From assembly GCA_038231275.1 (NCBI GenBank), contig JBBRLQ010000004.1, forward strand, positions 1 through 64,000: a stretch of DNA of 64,000 nucleotides, given 5' to 3'. How positions within the stretch are numbered: the stretch's first letter is position 1; every line of letters begins with the position of its first letter. Below are positions 44,728-55,549 of this stretch, in pieces. The position numbers and the translations under genes are program-made. Under the pieces are notes generated by a model that worked only from the letters and a program-made list of their open reading frames with translations, was not told the origin of the DNA and did no database searches. The stretch is from Polyangiales bacterium (GTDB taxonomy: Bacteria; Myxococcota_A; Polyangia; Polyangiales; Polyangiaceae).

Positions 44728-46089
44728 ATGACGAGAGACGTCGAGAAGCGCTTGAAAGAAGTCGAGAAGCTGAACCACGCGGCCGGCGGCGACGCGAAGC
44801 CAAACGCGCTGTGGAGCTACGAGGGCGCCGTCCCCTTCGCCGACTCTGCCGTACAGCGCTACCGCCTCGGCAACGGTCTGCGGGTGCTCGTCCTCGTCGA
44901 CAAGAGCGCGCCTGTGTTCTCGTACATGACCTGGTTCAACGTCGGCTCACGCCACGAAAAGCCTGGAAAAACCGGCCTCGCGCACCTCTTCGAGCATTTG
45001 ATGTTCAACGAGACCGAGGCCTTCAAGGCCGGCGAGTTCGATCGCAAGCTCGAGGAGAACGGCGCCGAGTCGAACGCCGCCACCTGGGTCGACTGGACCT
45101 ACTACTACGAGAACCTCCCCTCCGATCGCCTCGCCCTCGCCGTGAAGCTCGAGAGCGAGCGCATGGCGCGCCTGGTCCTGCGCGAGCCGCAGGTCGCGAG
45201 CGAGAAGGAGGTCGTCGCCAACGAGCGGCGCTACCGCGTGGAGGACGACGTCGAGGGCGCCGCGAACGAGCTCCTCTACAAGACCGCGTTCACGAAGCAC
45301 CCGTACCAGTGGCCAACGATCGGCTGGATGAGCGACATCCTCGGCTTCACGCCCGAAGACTGCGCGGCGTTTTATCGCACGTTCTACGCGCCCAACAACG
45401 CCACTGTCGTCATCGTCGGCGACGTGCGCGAGTCCGACGTGCTCGCGAAGGTCTCGGCGGGCTATGGCGCGCTCGAGGCGTCCACGCTGCCGGTCGAGGA
45501 CACACACCCCGAGCCGCCGCAAGGGGCCGAGCGACGCGAGTCGATCAAGAAGCCGACCACCACCGAGAAGATCATGCTCGGCTACCGCGGCCCCGCGCTC
45601 GGCGACGCCGACCACGCGACCCTCAGCGTCCTCAACGAGGTCCTCTTCGGAGGCCGCGCGTCGCGCATGCACCGCGCGCTCGTCATCGACGAGGAGATCG
45701 CCAGCGATCTGCGCGGCTGGGTGTCGACGTTCCGCGATCCCGGCCTCTACGAGATGTACGTCAGCGCGCGCGCAGGGCACGGGACCGACGACATCGAGCG
45801 TGTCCTCGCCGCGCAGCTCGCGAAGGTGAAGGAGTCGCCGGTGACGGACGAAGAGCTGGCGAGGGCCAAGGCGCGCCTCGAGCTCGGGGTCCTCCAGGGG
45901 CTCGACACCGCGAACGGAAAGGCCGAGCAGATCGGCTTCTACGAGATGGTGCTCGGCGATCCCGCGGCGGCGTTCCGGAGGCTCGACGCGTACCGCCGCG
46001 CCGGTCCTGGAGACTTGATGCGCGTCGCGCGAAGGTACCTGGTCGACACCGAGCGCACCGTGGTCCGCATCCTCCCGGAGGCCTCGTGA
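44728..46089 (+). CDS. M16 zinc peptidase, catalytic subunit
   Basis: GLAHLFEHLMF (HxxEH), NAAT, EKEVV.NER, HPY..PTIG, YAPNNA. Confidence 0.95.
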   Translation: MTRDVEKRLKEVEKLNHAAGGDAKPNALWSYEGAVPFADSAVQRYRLGNGLRVLVLVDKSAPVFSYMTWFNVGSRHEKPGKTGLAHLFEHLMFNETEAFKAGEFDRKLEENGAESNAATWVDWTYYYENLPSDRLALAVKLESERMARLVLREPQVASEKEVVANERRYRVEDDVEGAANELLYKTAFTKHPYQWPTIGWMSDILGFTPEDCAAFYRTFYAPNNATVVIVGDVRESDVLAKVSAGYGALEASTLPVEDTHPEPPQGAERRESIKKPTTTEKIMLGYRGPALGDADHATLSVLNEVLFGGRASRMHRALVIDEEIASDLRGWVSTFRDPGLYEMYVSARAGHGTDDIERVLAAQLAKVKESPVTDEELARAKARLELGVLQGLDTANGKAEQIGFYEMVLGDPAAAFRRLDAYRRAGPGDLMRVARRYLVDTERTVVRILPEAS

Positions 46090-47396
46090 GCGCGGCCAAG
46101 ATCGCTCTCTCCGGCGGGGGCGTTCTCTACGTCGAAGAGTCGCACGCCGTACCGCTCGTCTCGATCGCCGTCTCGTTCCGAATCGGCGCCACCAGCGATC
46201 CCCAGGGAAAAGACGGCCTCGCGCGCATCACGACGCGGATGATCCGGCGCGGCTGCCCGGGGCTGACCTCGCAGCAGGTCGACGCGGAGATCGATCGGCT
46301 CGGCGCGGAGATGAGCGTGGACGTCTCGGCGTCGCACCTCACGATCCACACTCAGGTCATCAAGCGAAGCCTCGGCGCGTGGGTCGATCTCCTCGTTCGC
46401 CTCTTCGGCGGGCCGACGTTCGCGGAGGACGAGCTCGCGCGCCTTCGCCGGGAGACCGCGGCCGAGATCATCGAGGCCCGCGACAGCGATCGCGCCCTGG
46501 CGCACCTCGCGTTCCGGCGCGCGATCTTCGCCGGCCACCCGTACGCGCGCAGCGCGGTCGGCACCGCACGCTCCGTCGAGTCGATCACCGTCGCCGACGT
46601 GCGCGGCGCGTTCGAGCGCACGTGCACGCGTGGCAACCTGGTCCTCGGCTTCGCCGGCGACGTCACCGCAGAGGAGGCCACGCGCCTCGGCGAACGCTTC
46701 ACCGCCGCGCTCCGCGAAGGGCCTGCGCACAAGGACGACGTCCCCGAGCCCGCGCCGCTCGCGGGTCGCAAGCTCGTCTTCGTCGACAAGCCGGAGCGCA
46801 CGCAGACCCAGGTCCTCATCGGCGCGCTCGGCACCTGGCCGCACGATCCCGATCACGTGCCGTTCAGCGTGGCGTGCTCCGTCCTCGGCGGCACGTTCAC
46901 CTCGCGCCTCATGCGGGAAGTGCGGAGCAAGCGCGGCTGGTCGTACGGCGCGTACGCCCGCCTCGCGATCGAGCGGCACCGCCAGTCGTTCTCGATGTGG
47001 ACGTTCCCCGCGGCCACCGACACCGCGGCGTGCCTCGAGCTGGAGCTGGGCATGCTCCGCGACTTCGTGGAGAAGGGCGTCACGCCGCGCGAGACCACGT
47101 TCATGAAGAAGTTCCTCGGGCGGTCGCACGCGTTCGACATCGACACCGCGACCAAGCGCCTGCACCAGTCGCTCGACGTGGATCTCCTCGGATTGCCTGC
47201 CGACTACTACGATGGCTACGTGGGCCACGTCGAGGCGGTCACCCCCGACGCCGCGAACGCATCGATCGGCGCGCGCCTCTCGCCCGACAACCTCAGAATC
47301 GTCGTGGTGGGCACGAAGGAGGATCTCTTCGACAAGGTGAAGGAGAAGATCCCGGATCTGGCGCAGGCGGACGTCGTCCCCTTCGACGCGGAATAG
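46086..47396 (+). CDS. M16 peptidase, non-catalytic partner subunit
   Basis: HxxEH absent; SRLMREVRSKRGWSY carries the R/Y pair; GTGA overlap. Confidence 0.9.
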   Translation: MSAAKIALSGGGVLYVEESHAVPLVSIAVSFRIGATSDPQGKDGLARITTRMIRRGCPGLTSQQVDAEIDRLGAEMSVDVSASHLTIHTQVIKRSLGAWVDLLVRLFGGPTFAEDELARLRRETAAEIIEARDSDRALAHLAFRRAIFAGHPYARSAVGTARSVESITVADVRGAFERTCTRGNLVLGFAGDVTAEEATRLGERFTAALREGPAHKDDVPEPAPLAGRKLVFVDKPERTQTQVLIGALGTWPHDPDHVPFSVACSVLGGTFTSRLMREVRSKRGWSYGAYARLAIERHRQSFSMWTFPAATDTAACLELELGMLRDFVEKGVTPRETTFMKKFLGRSHAFDIDTATKRLHQSLDVDLLGLPADYYDGYVGHVEAVTPDAANASIGARLSPDNLRIVVVGTKEDLFDKVKEKIPDLAQADVVPFDAE

Positions 47397-47398
47397 CC

Positions 47399-48319
47399 AT
47401 GGCCCGCGTGCACGTCAGCGCGCCACTGCTCGGCGACGCGGTGGCGCGGCTGGCGGTGGCGCACGACGTGGAGGTCGGGAGGCTCGGCGCTGAAGCCGAC
47501 GCGTGGGTGACGCTGCTCACCGACAAGGTCGACGACGCGCGCCTCGTTGGGGCGCCGCGCCTCCGTATCGTCGCGAACGTCGCGGTCGGCGTCGACAACG
47601 TGGATCTGGCAGCGTGCCGCGCGCGCGGCGTCGTCGTGACCAATACGCCGGGCGTGCTCACCGAGGCGACCGCGGATCTCGCGTTCGGCCTCATCCTCGC
47701 CGCGGCGCGCCGGATCGCCGAGGGAGATCGGCTCGTGCGCGCGGGCGGGTGGAGCGGGTGGGGACCGTCCTTCATGGTCGGCGCGCGCGTTCACGGCGCG
47801 ACGTTGGGGATCGTCGGCCTCGGGAGGATCGGGCAAGCCGTCGCGCGCCGGGCGCGCGGTTTCGGTATGCATGTACTCTACACACAGCGTAGTCCCCTCG
47901 TCGATGGCGTCGCCCGTGCCCTTGGGGCGACGTTTGCGCCGCTGGATCAGCTGCTCGCGGACTCCGACGTCGTCACGCTCCACTGCCCGCTCACCGCGGA
48001 GACACGCGGGCTCCTCTCCGCCGCGCGACTCGCCGCGATGAAGCGGGGCAGCGTGCTCGTGAACACGGCGCGTGGCCCGATCGTCGACGAGTCCGCCCTC
48101 GCCGCAGCGCTCGCAAACGGCCCCCTCGCCGCCGCCGGGCTCGACGTCTTCGCCGACGAGCCGCGCGTGCCCCCTGCCCTCCTCGCGCTCCCCAACGTCG
48201 TCCTCACGCCGCACATCGCCAGCGCCGAAGAGGCGACGCGCGCGGCGATGGCCGGCCTCGCCGCCGACAATGTGCTCGCGGTGCTCTCCGGGAAAGCGCC
48301 GCTGAACGCGGTGCCCTGA
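47399..48319 (+). CDS. D-isomer 2-hydroxyacid dehydrogenase (glyoxylate reductase-like)
   Basis: VGVDNVD, TNTPGVL, GLGRIG, NTARG, LDVF..EP, PHIAS. Confidence 0.93.
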   Translation: MARVHVSAPLLGDAVARLAVAHDVEVGRLGAEADAWVTLLTDKVDDARLVGAPRLRIVANVAVGVDNVDLAACRARGVVVTNTPGVLTEATADLAFGLILAAARRIAEGDRLVRAGGWSGWGPSFMVGARVHGATLGIVGLGRIGQAVARRARGFGMHVLYTQRSPLVDGVARALGATFAPLDQLLADSDVVTLHCPLTAETRGLLSAARLAAMKRGSVLVNTARGPIVDESALAAALANGPLAAAGLDVFADEPRVPPALLALPNVVLTPHIASAEEATRAAMAGLAADNVLAVLSGKAPLNAVP

Positions 48320-48321
48320 AC

Positions 48322-49713
48322 CTACGGACGCTTGGCGAGGACCTCGGCGAATTTCGTGTCGTAGCGGGACGCGACGAACTCTTCGCTCGCCAGCGCCTTT
48401 CGCAAGAACGAGAGGTTCGTGACGCACGGCGCGATCGTGGTCGCGGCGAGCGCGCGATCGAGCTCGGCGATCGCGGCGCCGCGGTCCTCTCCCCACGCGA
48501 CGATCTTGGCGATCATCGGATCGTAGAACGGCGTCACCTTGTTACCGGCGCGGACGCCCGACTCGATGCGCAGCGTGGCGGTCTGCGACTCGACGCCGCC
48601 CGGCCAGATGAGCTCGTTCACGTCGCCCGGCTTGGGGATGAAGCCCTTGCTGGGATCCTCGGCGTAGACGCGCGCCTCGATGGCGTGGCCGCGGCGCGTG
48701 ACCTTCGAGAGGTCGGGGAGCCTCTCGCCGTCGGCGACGCGGAGCTGGAGCTCGACGAGGTCCAGCCCAGTGACCATCTCGGTAACGGGGTGCTCGACCT
48801 GGAGGCGCGCGTTCACTTCGAGGAAGAAGAGGTTCCCCTCCGCGTCGGCGATGAACTCGCAGGTGCCTGCGCCGATGTAGCCGACCTTCTTCACGACGCG
48901 GAGCGCCGCATCGTAGAGGCCCTGCCGTCGCTTCTCGCCCTCCTCGCCCGCAAAGAACGGCGCGGCCGACGGGGACTCTTCGAGGATCTTCTGGTGACGG
49001 CGCTGGAGGCTGCACTCGCGCTCGCCCAGGGCGAACGCCTGGCCGTGCGCGTCGCAGAAGACCTGCACCTCGATGTGGCGGGGCTGGGCGACGTACCGCT
49101 CGAGATACACGCGCGCGTCGGCGAACGACGCCTTGCCACGATCCGAGCAGCTGCGGAGCGCGCGCTCCATCCCGTCCTCGGCCTGGACGACCTGCATGCC
49201 GATGCCGCCGCCGCCTCCGACGGCCTTCACGACGACCGGGTAGCCGACCCGCGCGGCGACCTCTTTGGCGTGCGCGACGCCTTCGGCGGTGTCGATGGCG
49301 ATGGGCTCGTCCGTACCAGGAACCGGGGACGTGCCGGCGGAGAGCGCGACGTGGCGCGCCTTCATCTTGTCGCCGAACGCGTCCAGCACGTCGGGCGGAG
49401 GACCGATGAACGTGACACCGGCCGCCGCCACCTTGCGCGCGAAGCTCGATTTTTCGCTCAAAAAGCCGTATCCGGGGTGCACGGCGCGGGCGCCCGTCTT
49501 CTGGATCGCGTCCAGGAGGGCGGGCTCGCTGAGGTACGAGTCCTTCGCCGGCGACGGACCGATGAGGACCGCCTCGTCCGCGTCGGACACGTGCGGCGCG
49601 TCTTTGTCGGCCTCCGAGTGGACAGCGACGGTCTTGATCCCTAGGCGCTTGCACGTGCGGATGACACGACGCGCGATCTCGCCCCGATTCGCGATGAGGA
49701 CTTTGTCGAACAT
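48322..49713 (-). CDS. Biotin carboxylase subunit of an acyl-CoA carboxylase
   Basis: KVLIANRGEIA, HPGYGFLSE, GGGGIGM, ERECSLQRRHQK, EVNARLQVEHPVTE, YDPMIAK. Confidence 0.95.
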   Translation of the reverse strand: MFDKVLIANRGEIARRVIRTCKRLGIKTVAVHSEADKDAPHVSDADEAVLIGPSPAKDSYLSEPALLDAIQKTGARAVHPGYGFLSEKSSFARKVAAAGVTFIGPPPDVLDAFGDKMKARHVALSAGTSPVPGTDEPIAIDTAEGVAHAKEVAARVGYPVVVKAVGGGGGIGMQVVQAEDGMERALRSCSDRGKASFADARVYLERYVAQPRHIEVQVFCDAHGQAFALGERECSLQRRHQKILEESPSAAPFFAGEEGEKRRQGLYDAALRVVKKVGYIGAGTCEFIADAEGNLFFLEVNARLQVEHPVTEMVTGLDLVELQLRVADGERLPDLSKVTRRGHAIEARVYAEDPSKGFIPKPGDVNELIWPGGVESQTATLRIESGVRAGNKVTPFYDPMIAKIVAWGEDRGAAIAELDRALAATTIAPCVTNLSFLRKALASEEFVASRYDTKFAEVLAKRP

Positions 49714-49752
49714 GGCGCCGGGTTAATTACCACAGCGACGCGCGGTCGATCC

Positions 49753-50889
49753 TCAGCGGTTCTCGATCTCGCTCTTCAGGAAGAGCGCCCCCTCGACGAC
49801 GACGCGCTCGCCGGGGGTGACGCCGCCGAGGAGTCGCACCTTGCCGTCGATCTCGGGTCCGGCTTGGACGATGCGCATCCGGTAGACGTTGTCGTCTCCC
49901 GCGATGATGACGCGCGAGTGCTCGGCGTCGTTCAGGATGGCGCGCGACGGCACGATGACGACCTTCTTGCCGCCGAGCTCCGCCAGCTCGACGCGCGCGA
50001 ACATCTCGGGCTTGAGGCGCGTGTCGGGGTTCGGCACCACGCAGCGCGCCTTCACTGTGCGGCTGGTCGGGTCGAGGACGTCGCCGACGTGGCCGACGAT
50101 GCCGTCGAACGTGTCGGTCGGGTACGCGGGCACGTGGACGCGCACCTTCGCGCCCTCCTGCACGAGTCCGAGATCTTGCTCGTACACGTCGGCGAGCACC
50201 CACACCGAGGCGAGGTTCGTGATCGTGAGGAGCGGAGTCGTCGCGTCGGCGCGTACCTCTTGGCCGACGAGCACGTTTCTCTCGACGACCGTGCCGGCGA
50301 CGCGCGCGCGCAGGAATACCCCGACCGCCGGATCGGACGCCGAGACGCCGAGCGCCCGGAGCTGCGCCGTCGCGCGGCCGACGTCGCTCGTCATCTTCTT
50401 CAGATCGGACTCCGCCTGCAGCAGATCCTTCTCGCTGACCGCCCCTTCCGCGCGGAGCTTGCGCTGCCGCTCGACGGTGCGCGTCGCGAGCGTCAGGTCC
50501 ATGTTCGCCTTCTGGGCGTCCGACTGGAGCTGCGAGACCTGCGGCGCCGACAGCTCGATGAGCGCTTGGCCGACGGTAACCTTGTCCCCCGGTTTGACGA
50601 GGATGCTGGTGGCGCGGCCGTCGAGCGGCGAGGCGACGCGCTGGGTGCGGTCCTCGTCGAAGCTGACCCGGCCCGTCAGGATGACGCTCGCTGCGGCCTC
50701 GCTCTCCTCGACCTTCTCCACCTTCACGAACTGCATGCGCGGGCTGGTGGGCTCGAGCTTGATCGCGTCCTTCACGTTTCCGCCATCCTCGGCGGCGGCG
50801 GCGTGCTTCTCTCCCGGCTTGCAGCCAGACGAGACGGCGACGAGGGCGGCGACGGCGACGGTTGCGAAGGCGGTAACCAGAGTCTTCAA
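49753..50889 (-). CDS. RND periplasmic adaptor (CzcB-like) 1
   Basis: Lipobox SSGC; V..GD.V..GQ.L, WVLADVYE, LKPEMFA; TTG start overlapping upstream TGA with GGAGG SD. Confidence 0.9.
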   Translation of the reverse strand: MKTLVTAFATVAVAALVAVSSGCKPGEKHAAAAEDGGNVKDAIKLEPTSPRMQFVKVEKVEESEAAASVILTGRVSFDEDRTQRVASPLDGRATSILVKPGDKVTVGQALIELSAPQVSQLQSDAQKANMDLTLATRTVERQRKLRAEGAVSEKDLLQAESDLKKMTSDVGRATAQLRALGVSASDPAVGVFLRARVAGTVVERNVLVGQEVRADATTPLLTITNLASVWVLADVYEQDLGLVQEGAKVRVHVPAYPTDTFDGIVGHVGDVLDPTSRTVKARCVVPNPDTRLKPEMFARVELAELGGKKVVIVPSRAILNDAEHSRVIIAGDDNVYRMRIVQAGPEIDGKVRLLGGVTPGERVVVEGALFLKSEIENR

Positions 50890-52268
50890 GGCTCCCTCCC
50901 GACGGCGTGAACGACGTCGATCTTGGCTTTTCGGTGTTCGTCCTGCACGCGCAGGTACTGACCCCGCGTCTCGATGAAGGTGCGTTGCGCCTCCAGGAGC
51001 TCGAGGAGAGACGCGCCGCCCCCGCGGTACCACGACTCGGCGATCTTGAGCGACGCATCCGCGCGCGAGAGGAGGCCCCCGCTCTCGTACACGTCGAGCA
51101 GCGCGTTGGCCCGCTCCTCGCGACGGACCGCGCCCGTGACGTCGTGCCTTACGATGAGCTCGAGACGCCCGATATCGTTCAAGACGCGCTTCTCCTCGAG
51201 ACGGGATCGCGCGATGCCGGCCTGGTTGCGGTCGAAAAGCGGGAGCGGGAGGCTCACGCCGAGGAGGACCGAGTTCGCGTTGTCGCCCGAGATGGTGAAG
51301 CCGGAGTGCGTGAAGGTCACGCCCAGCGCAATGTCGGGGTACGCCTCGCGCTCTGCCGACGCGAGCATCGCCTCGGCGAACACCTTGCCGCGGCGCGCGG
51401 CCTTCAAATCTGGCCGATCCTGGAGGGCGCGCGCCACGAGCGGCTCGACCGAGGGCGGTGTCCTCGGGATGGGCGCCGCCATCGCAGTCCCGGGCAGGTC
51501 CTTCGCCGTCGGGAGCCCCATGAGCTGCGCCAGGCTTTGCCGCGTGACATCGAGCTGCATTTGCGCGTCGATCACGAGGTTGCCGTACTTGATCCCCTCG
51601 AGCTCGATCTTGAGCCCCTCGAACTCGCTCGCCTCGCCGAGCCTGACGCGCGAGCGCGACAGCTTGACGGTGTCGTCGTAGCGCGACTTAATCGTGATCG
51701 AGAGCTCGTACTCCTGCTGTTCGCGCACCACGTCGGAGAACGCCGACCGAACCGCGTACGCGATCTCCCGGAGCGCGTCCTCGACGCGCAGACGGCGTTG
51801 CTGGATGCCGAGGTCGGCGGCTTTGATACGGGCCGAGCGCTTGGCCCATACGTCGATCACCTCGCTCACGCCGACGCTCTGGATCAGCTGCGAGAACGGG
51901 CCGGGATCGACCTTATTGTCGCCCTGCGGGTTCCCCTGACCGACGACGATGTTGCCGACGTTGTAGAAAAAGTTCGGGTTCCAGTAGAGCCCGGCGGCGA
52001 TGCGATCGACCTCGGCCACCTCGATCTCGAGCTTGGCAGCAACGACCTCGCGGCTTCGCTGCATCGCGATCGCCACGGCGCGCTCCATGGTGAAGTCTTC
52101 TTGGCCTGCAGGTGCTGCAGGTGCCGCCGGCGACGCAGACGACGTCGCGGGCGGCGGCGTCGGGGCGGTCGCAGGCTGCGCGGACGCGACCGACGTGACA
52201 GCGGCACCGAGCCACGACGCGATCACGACGGCGGACGAAGCGACGAGGCGCGCTTCAGTGCGGCGCAT
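50886..52268 (-). CDS. TolC-family outer membrane factor (CzcC-like) 1
   Basis: RPDL, YPDIALG, LPLPLFDRNQ, SLLELLEAQR. Confidence 0.9.
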   Translation of the reverse strand: MRRTEARLVASSAVVIASWLGAAVTSVASAQPATAPTPPPATSSASPAAPAAPAGQEDFTMERAVAIAMQRSREVVAAKLEIEVAEVDRIAAGLYWNPNFFYNVGNIVVGQGNPQGDNKVDPGPFSQLIQSVGVSEVIDVWAKRSARIKAADLGIQQRRLRVEDALREIAYAVRSAFSDVVREQQEYELSITIKSRYDDTVKLSRSRVRLGEASEFEGLKIELEGIKYGNLVIDAQMQLDVTRQSLAQLMGLPTAKDLPGTAMAAPIPRTPPSVEPLVARALQDRPDLKAARRGKVFAEAMLASAEREAYPDIALGVTFTHSGFTISGDNANSVLLGVSLPLPLFDRNQAGIARSRLEEKRVLNDIGRLELIVRHDVTGAVRREERANALLDVYESGGLLSRADASLKIAESWYRGGGASLLELLEAQRTFIETRGQYLRVQDEHRKAKIDVVHAVGREP

Positions 52269-55200
52269 GGTGCACCCCTGGCGTCGCGTGACCGCCCTCG
52301 TCCCCGCCGAGATCGCCGTCGCCGCCTTCACCGCCGTCGCCCCCGCGCACAGTCTTGGTGCGGTTGCGGCCGAACCAGCGATCGAACAGCTCGTACAGCG
52401 TGGGCAGGAGCAGCATCGTGAGGAACGTCGACGAGATGAGGCCGCCGATGATGACGATCGCGAACGGCCGCTGCGTGTCCGAGCCGATCGCGTGCGACAG
52501 CGCGGCCGGCAGGAGGCCGAGCGACGCCAGCAGCGCGGTCATGAGGACGGGGCGGAGGCGCTGCGAGACCGCGTCGAGGATGGCGTCCTGCGAGTCCGTT
52601 CCCAAGCGCTCGCGCGCTTGCCTCACGTAGGTGATGAGGAGCACGCCATCCATGACGGCGACGCCGAAGAGTGTGATGAAGCCGACCGCTGCCGACACGC
52701 TCAGCACCGTGTCCGTGATGTAGAGCGCAAAGACGCCGCCGACCGTCGCGAAGGGCACGTCGAGGAGAACGACGACCGCGGGGAGCACGGCGCGGAACGT
52801 CAAGAAGAGGAGCATGAAGATGACGGCGATCGAGACGGGCACGATGACCATGAGGCGCTTCATCGCGCGGCGCTGGTTCTCGAACTCGCCGCCCCACGTC
52901 AGGTAGTAGCCCTCGGGGAGCTTCACCTCGCGGGTCACCCGCGTCTGCGCCTCGTCCACGAAGGAGCCCATGTCGCGGCCTTCGATGTTCGTCTTGAGCG
53001 CGAGGAAGCGGCCGCCCTGCTCGCGGTTGATCTGCGTTCGCCCCATGTCGACGTGAACCTGGGCGACCGAGGCCAAGGGCACGCGCGCGTCCTGCGCGTG
53101 GACGTAGAGCGTGCCGATCCCGTTGGCGTCGCCTTCGTTGGGCGAGGGTAGCTTCACGCGCACGCCGACCTTGCGCTCTCCCTCCCACACGACCGTCGCG
53201 AGGCGCCCGCCGTACGCGGTCTCCACTACGTCCTCCACGTCGGTCACCTGGAGCCCGTACCGCGCGATGGCGTCGCGATCGATGTCGGCGACGACGTGCT
53301 GCGCGCGGCCGGCGCGGTAGACCTCGACGTCACGCGAGCCGCGGGTCTGGAGGAGGATGCGCTTCACCTCCTCGAGCCGCGCCTGCATGAGCGAGAGGTC
53401 GTCGCCGTACACCTTGATCACGACCTGCCCGCGGATGCCGCTGATCGACTCCTCGACGCGGTCCTTGATCGGCTGGCTGAAGTTGTAGGCGACGCCAGGA
53501 CGCTTTTGCAGCTCATGGCGCATCTGGTCGACGATGTCCGCCTTGCTTCGCCCGGTCGTCCACTCCTTGGACGGCTTCATCATCACGAACGTTTCGGACT
53601 GGTTGACCGCTTCGTCGTCGGTGCCGTCCTCCGGGTGACCCTGCTCGGTCAGAACGTCGCGCACCTCCGGGAAGGTCATCAGCGACTTGCGGGTCTCCCG
53701 GAGCACTTGCGCCCCCTTCTCGAGGGAGATGGAGCTCGGCATCGTGACTGTGATGTGGATGTCTCCCTCGTTCATCTCGGGGAGGAACTCGGTGCCGAGC
53801 TTGGGGATGAGGTAGACCGCGTACGCCAGCACCGCGAAGCCCGCGAGGCGCGTCGTGATCGGAAATTTCAGCGCGAGGCGGAGCGCCACGAGGTACTTCA
53901 CGCGCAGCCAGACCAGGAACTCCGGCTCGACCTCCTTCACCTTGCGGTTCTTGAGGAGCACCGTCGTGATCGCGGGCACCGCGGTCAGCGTGAAGAAGAG
54001 GGCGCCGCCGAGCGCGAACGCGTAGGTCAGCGCGACGGGACGGAAGATGCGGCCCTCGACGCGCTCGAGTGTGAAGATCGGCATCATCGCCGCGACGATG
54101 ATCGACATCGAGAACAGCGTGGGACGCAGAACCTCTTTGGCCGCGCGCGCGACGACTTTGGGCACGTCCTCGGGCGGCGCTTGCTCCTCGGCGAGGTGGC
54201 GGTACGCGTTCTCCACGAGGATGACGGCGCCGTCGAGCAAGATGCCGAAGTCGATCGCCCCCATCGAGAGGAGGTTCGCCGGCACGCCCATGTAATAGAG
54301 GCCGACGAAGCTCGTCAGGAGCGCGAGCGGCATCGTGATCGCGACGGCGAGCGAGCCGCTGAACGCGCGGAGGAAGAGCCAGAGGACGAGGGCGACGAGC
54401 GCGGCCCCCTCGATCATGTTGTGCGACACCGTGGTGAGCGTCGTGTCGACGAGGCGCGTGCGATCGTAGAACGGGACGATCTTCATCCCCTTGGGGAGGA
54501 CCTCTTTGTTGATGCGCGTGACCGCGTCGTGGACGCCGTCGAGGACGTCCTTCGGGTTCTCGCCGCGGCGGAGGAGGATGGTCCCTTCGACCGAGTCGAT
54601 CGCCTCCCCGCGCGCGACGGCGCCGCGGCGCGGAGTGTACCCCTCGACGACGCGGGCGACGTGGCTCAAGAGGACGGGCGTGCCGTTGCGCAGCGCGATG
54701 ACGGTCTTCTCGACGTCTTGCGGTGTCTTCAAGTAGCCGCGCGCGCGAACGACGAACTCGCTGTCGCCGAACGGGAGGTAGCCGCCGCTCGTCGCGCCGT
54801 TGGACTGCTGCACGGCCTCGATCAAATCCTTCAGCATGAGGCCGTTGGACTTGAGGCGGAGCGGGTCGGCGAGGACGTGGTACTCCTTCTGGAACCCTCC
54901 GAAGCTGACGACGTCGGCCACGCCCGGGATGCGCTTCAGATGGCGCGAAACGACCCAGTCCTGCCAGCTGCGCAGCTCGCTCGGCGAGTGGTGGTCGCTC
55001 TCGAGCGTGTACTGGAAGACCTGACCGACCGGCGTGTCGTTGGGCCCAAGGGTCGGTGTGACACCGGGTGGCACCTCCGCGTCCGGTAAGCGCTCCGCGA
55101 CTTGTTGCCGGGCGAAGTAGATGTCGACGCCGTCCTCGAACGTGACGATGACCTGTGAGAGGCCGAAGGACGTGATCGAGCGCTGCATCAGCACGTTCGG

Positions 55201-55428
55201 CAATCCGGTGAGCGCGCGCTCGACGGGGATCGTGACCTGCTTCTCGATCTCCTCGGCGGCTTGCCCCGGGTACAGCGTGATGACCATCACCTGCACGTTC
55301 GTGACGTCAGGGAACGCCTCGATCTTCAGCTTGCCGAGCGTGTAAACGCCGAACAAGAGGAAGCCGAGGCAAAGCACGAGGACGGCGACCCGCCGTCTGA
55401 CCGCGAACTCGATCAGGCGCTCCAACAT
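52255..55428 (-). CDS. CusA/CzcA-family heavy-metal RND transporter 1
   Basis: EAFPDVTN.QV, GAIDFGILLDGAVILVEN, RLRPVLMTA; His/Gly/Asp C-terminal tail. Confidence 0.95.
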   Translation of the reverse strand: MLERLIEFAVRRRVAVLVLCLGFLLFGVYTLGKLKIEAFPDVTNVQVMVITLYPGQAAEEIEKQVTIPVERALTGLPNVLMQRSITSFGLSQVIVTFEDGVDIYFARQQVAERLPDAEVPPGVTPTLGPNDTPVGQVFQYTLESDHHSPSELRSWQDWVVSRHLKRIPGVADVVSFGGFQKEYHVLADPLRLKSNGLMLKDLIEAVQQSNGATSGGYLPFGDSEFVVRARGYLKTPQDVEKTVIALRNGTPVLLSHVARVVEGYTPRRGAVARGEAIDSVEGTILLRRGENPKDVLDGVHDAVTRINKEVLPKGMKIVPFYDRTRLVDTTLTTVSHNMIEGAALVALVLWLFLRAFSGSLAVAITMPLALLTSFVGLYYMGVPANLLSMGAIDFGILLDGAVILVENAYRHLAEEQAPPEDVPKVVARAAKEVLRPTLFSMSIIVAAMMPIFTLERVEGRIFRPVALTYAFALGGALFFTLTAVPAITTVLLKNRKVKEVEPEFLVWLRVKYLVALRLALKFPITTRLAGFAVLAYAVYLIPKLGTEFLPEMNEGDIHITVTMPSSISLEKGAQVLRETRKSLMTFPEVRDVLTEQGHPEDGTDDEAVNQSETFVMMKPSKEWTTGRSKADIVDQMRHELQKRPGVAYNFSQPIKDRVEESISGIRGQVVIKVYGDDLSLMQARLEEVKRILLQTRGSRDVEVYRAGRAQHVVADIDRDAIARYGLQVTDVEDVVETAYGGRLATVVWEGERKVGVRVKLPSPNEGDANGIGTLYVHAQDARVPLASVAQVHVDMGRTQINREQGGRFLALKTNIEGRDMGSFVDEAQTRVTREVKLPEGYYLTWGGEFENQRRAMKRLMVIVPVSIAVIFMLLFLTFRAVLPAVVVLLDVPFATVGGVFALYITDTVLSVSAAVGFITLFGVAVMDGVLLITYVRQARERLGTDSQDAILDAVSQRLRPVLMTALLASLGLLPAALSHAIGSDTQRPFAIVIIGGLISSTFLTMLLLPTLYELFDRWFGRNRTKTVRGGDGGEGGDGDLGGDEGGHATPGVHHAPH

Positions 55429-55549
55429 GCTGGGACTTCTTGGTTACCCCACCGCGGGCCGTCCGTGGGGCAGTAAATCGCATTTTGCTCCCAAAATTGC
55501 CTCATCTTTGCGGGACGTTTGGCCCCAAACCTGCTGCATAATGGGGCGG

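Noticed and set aside
55520-55535. sigma54-like TGGCCC-N5-CTGCT before the enoyl-CoA hydratase
   Set aside because: An overlapping CATAAT-N7-ATG leaderless sigma70-type reading fits at least as well; cannot decide from sequence
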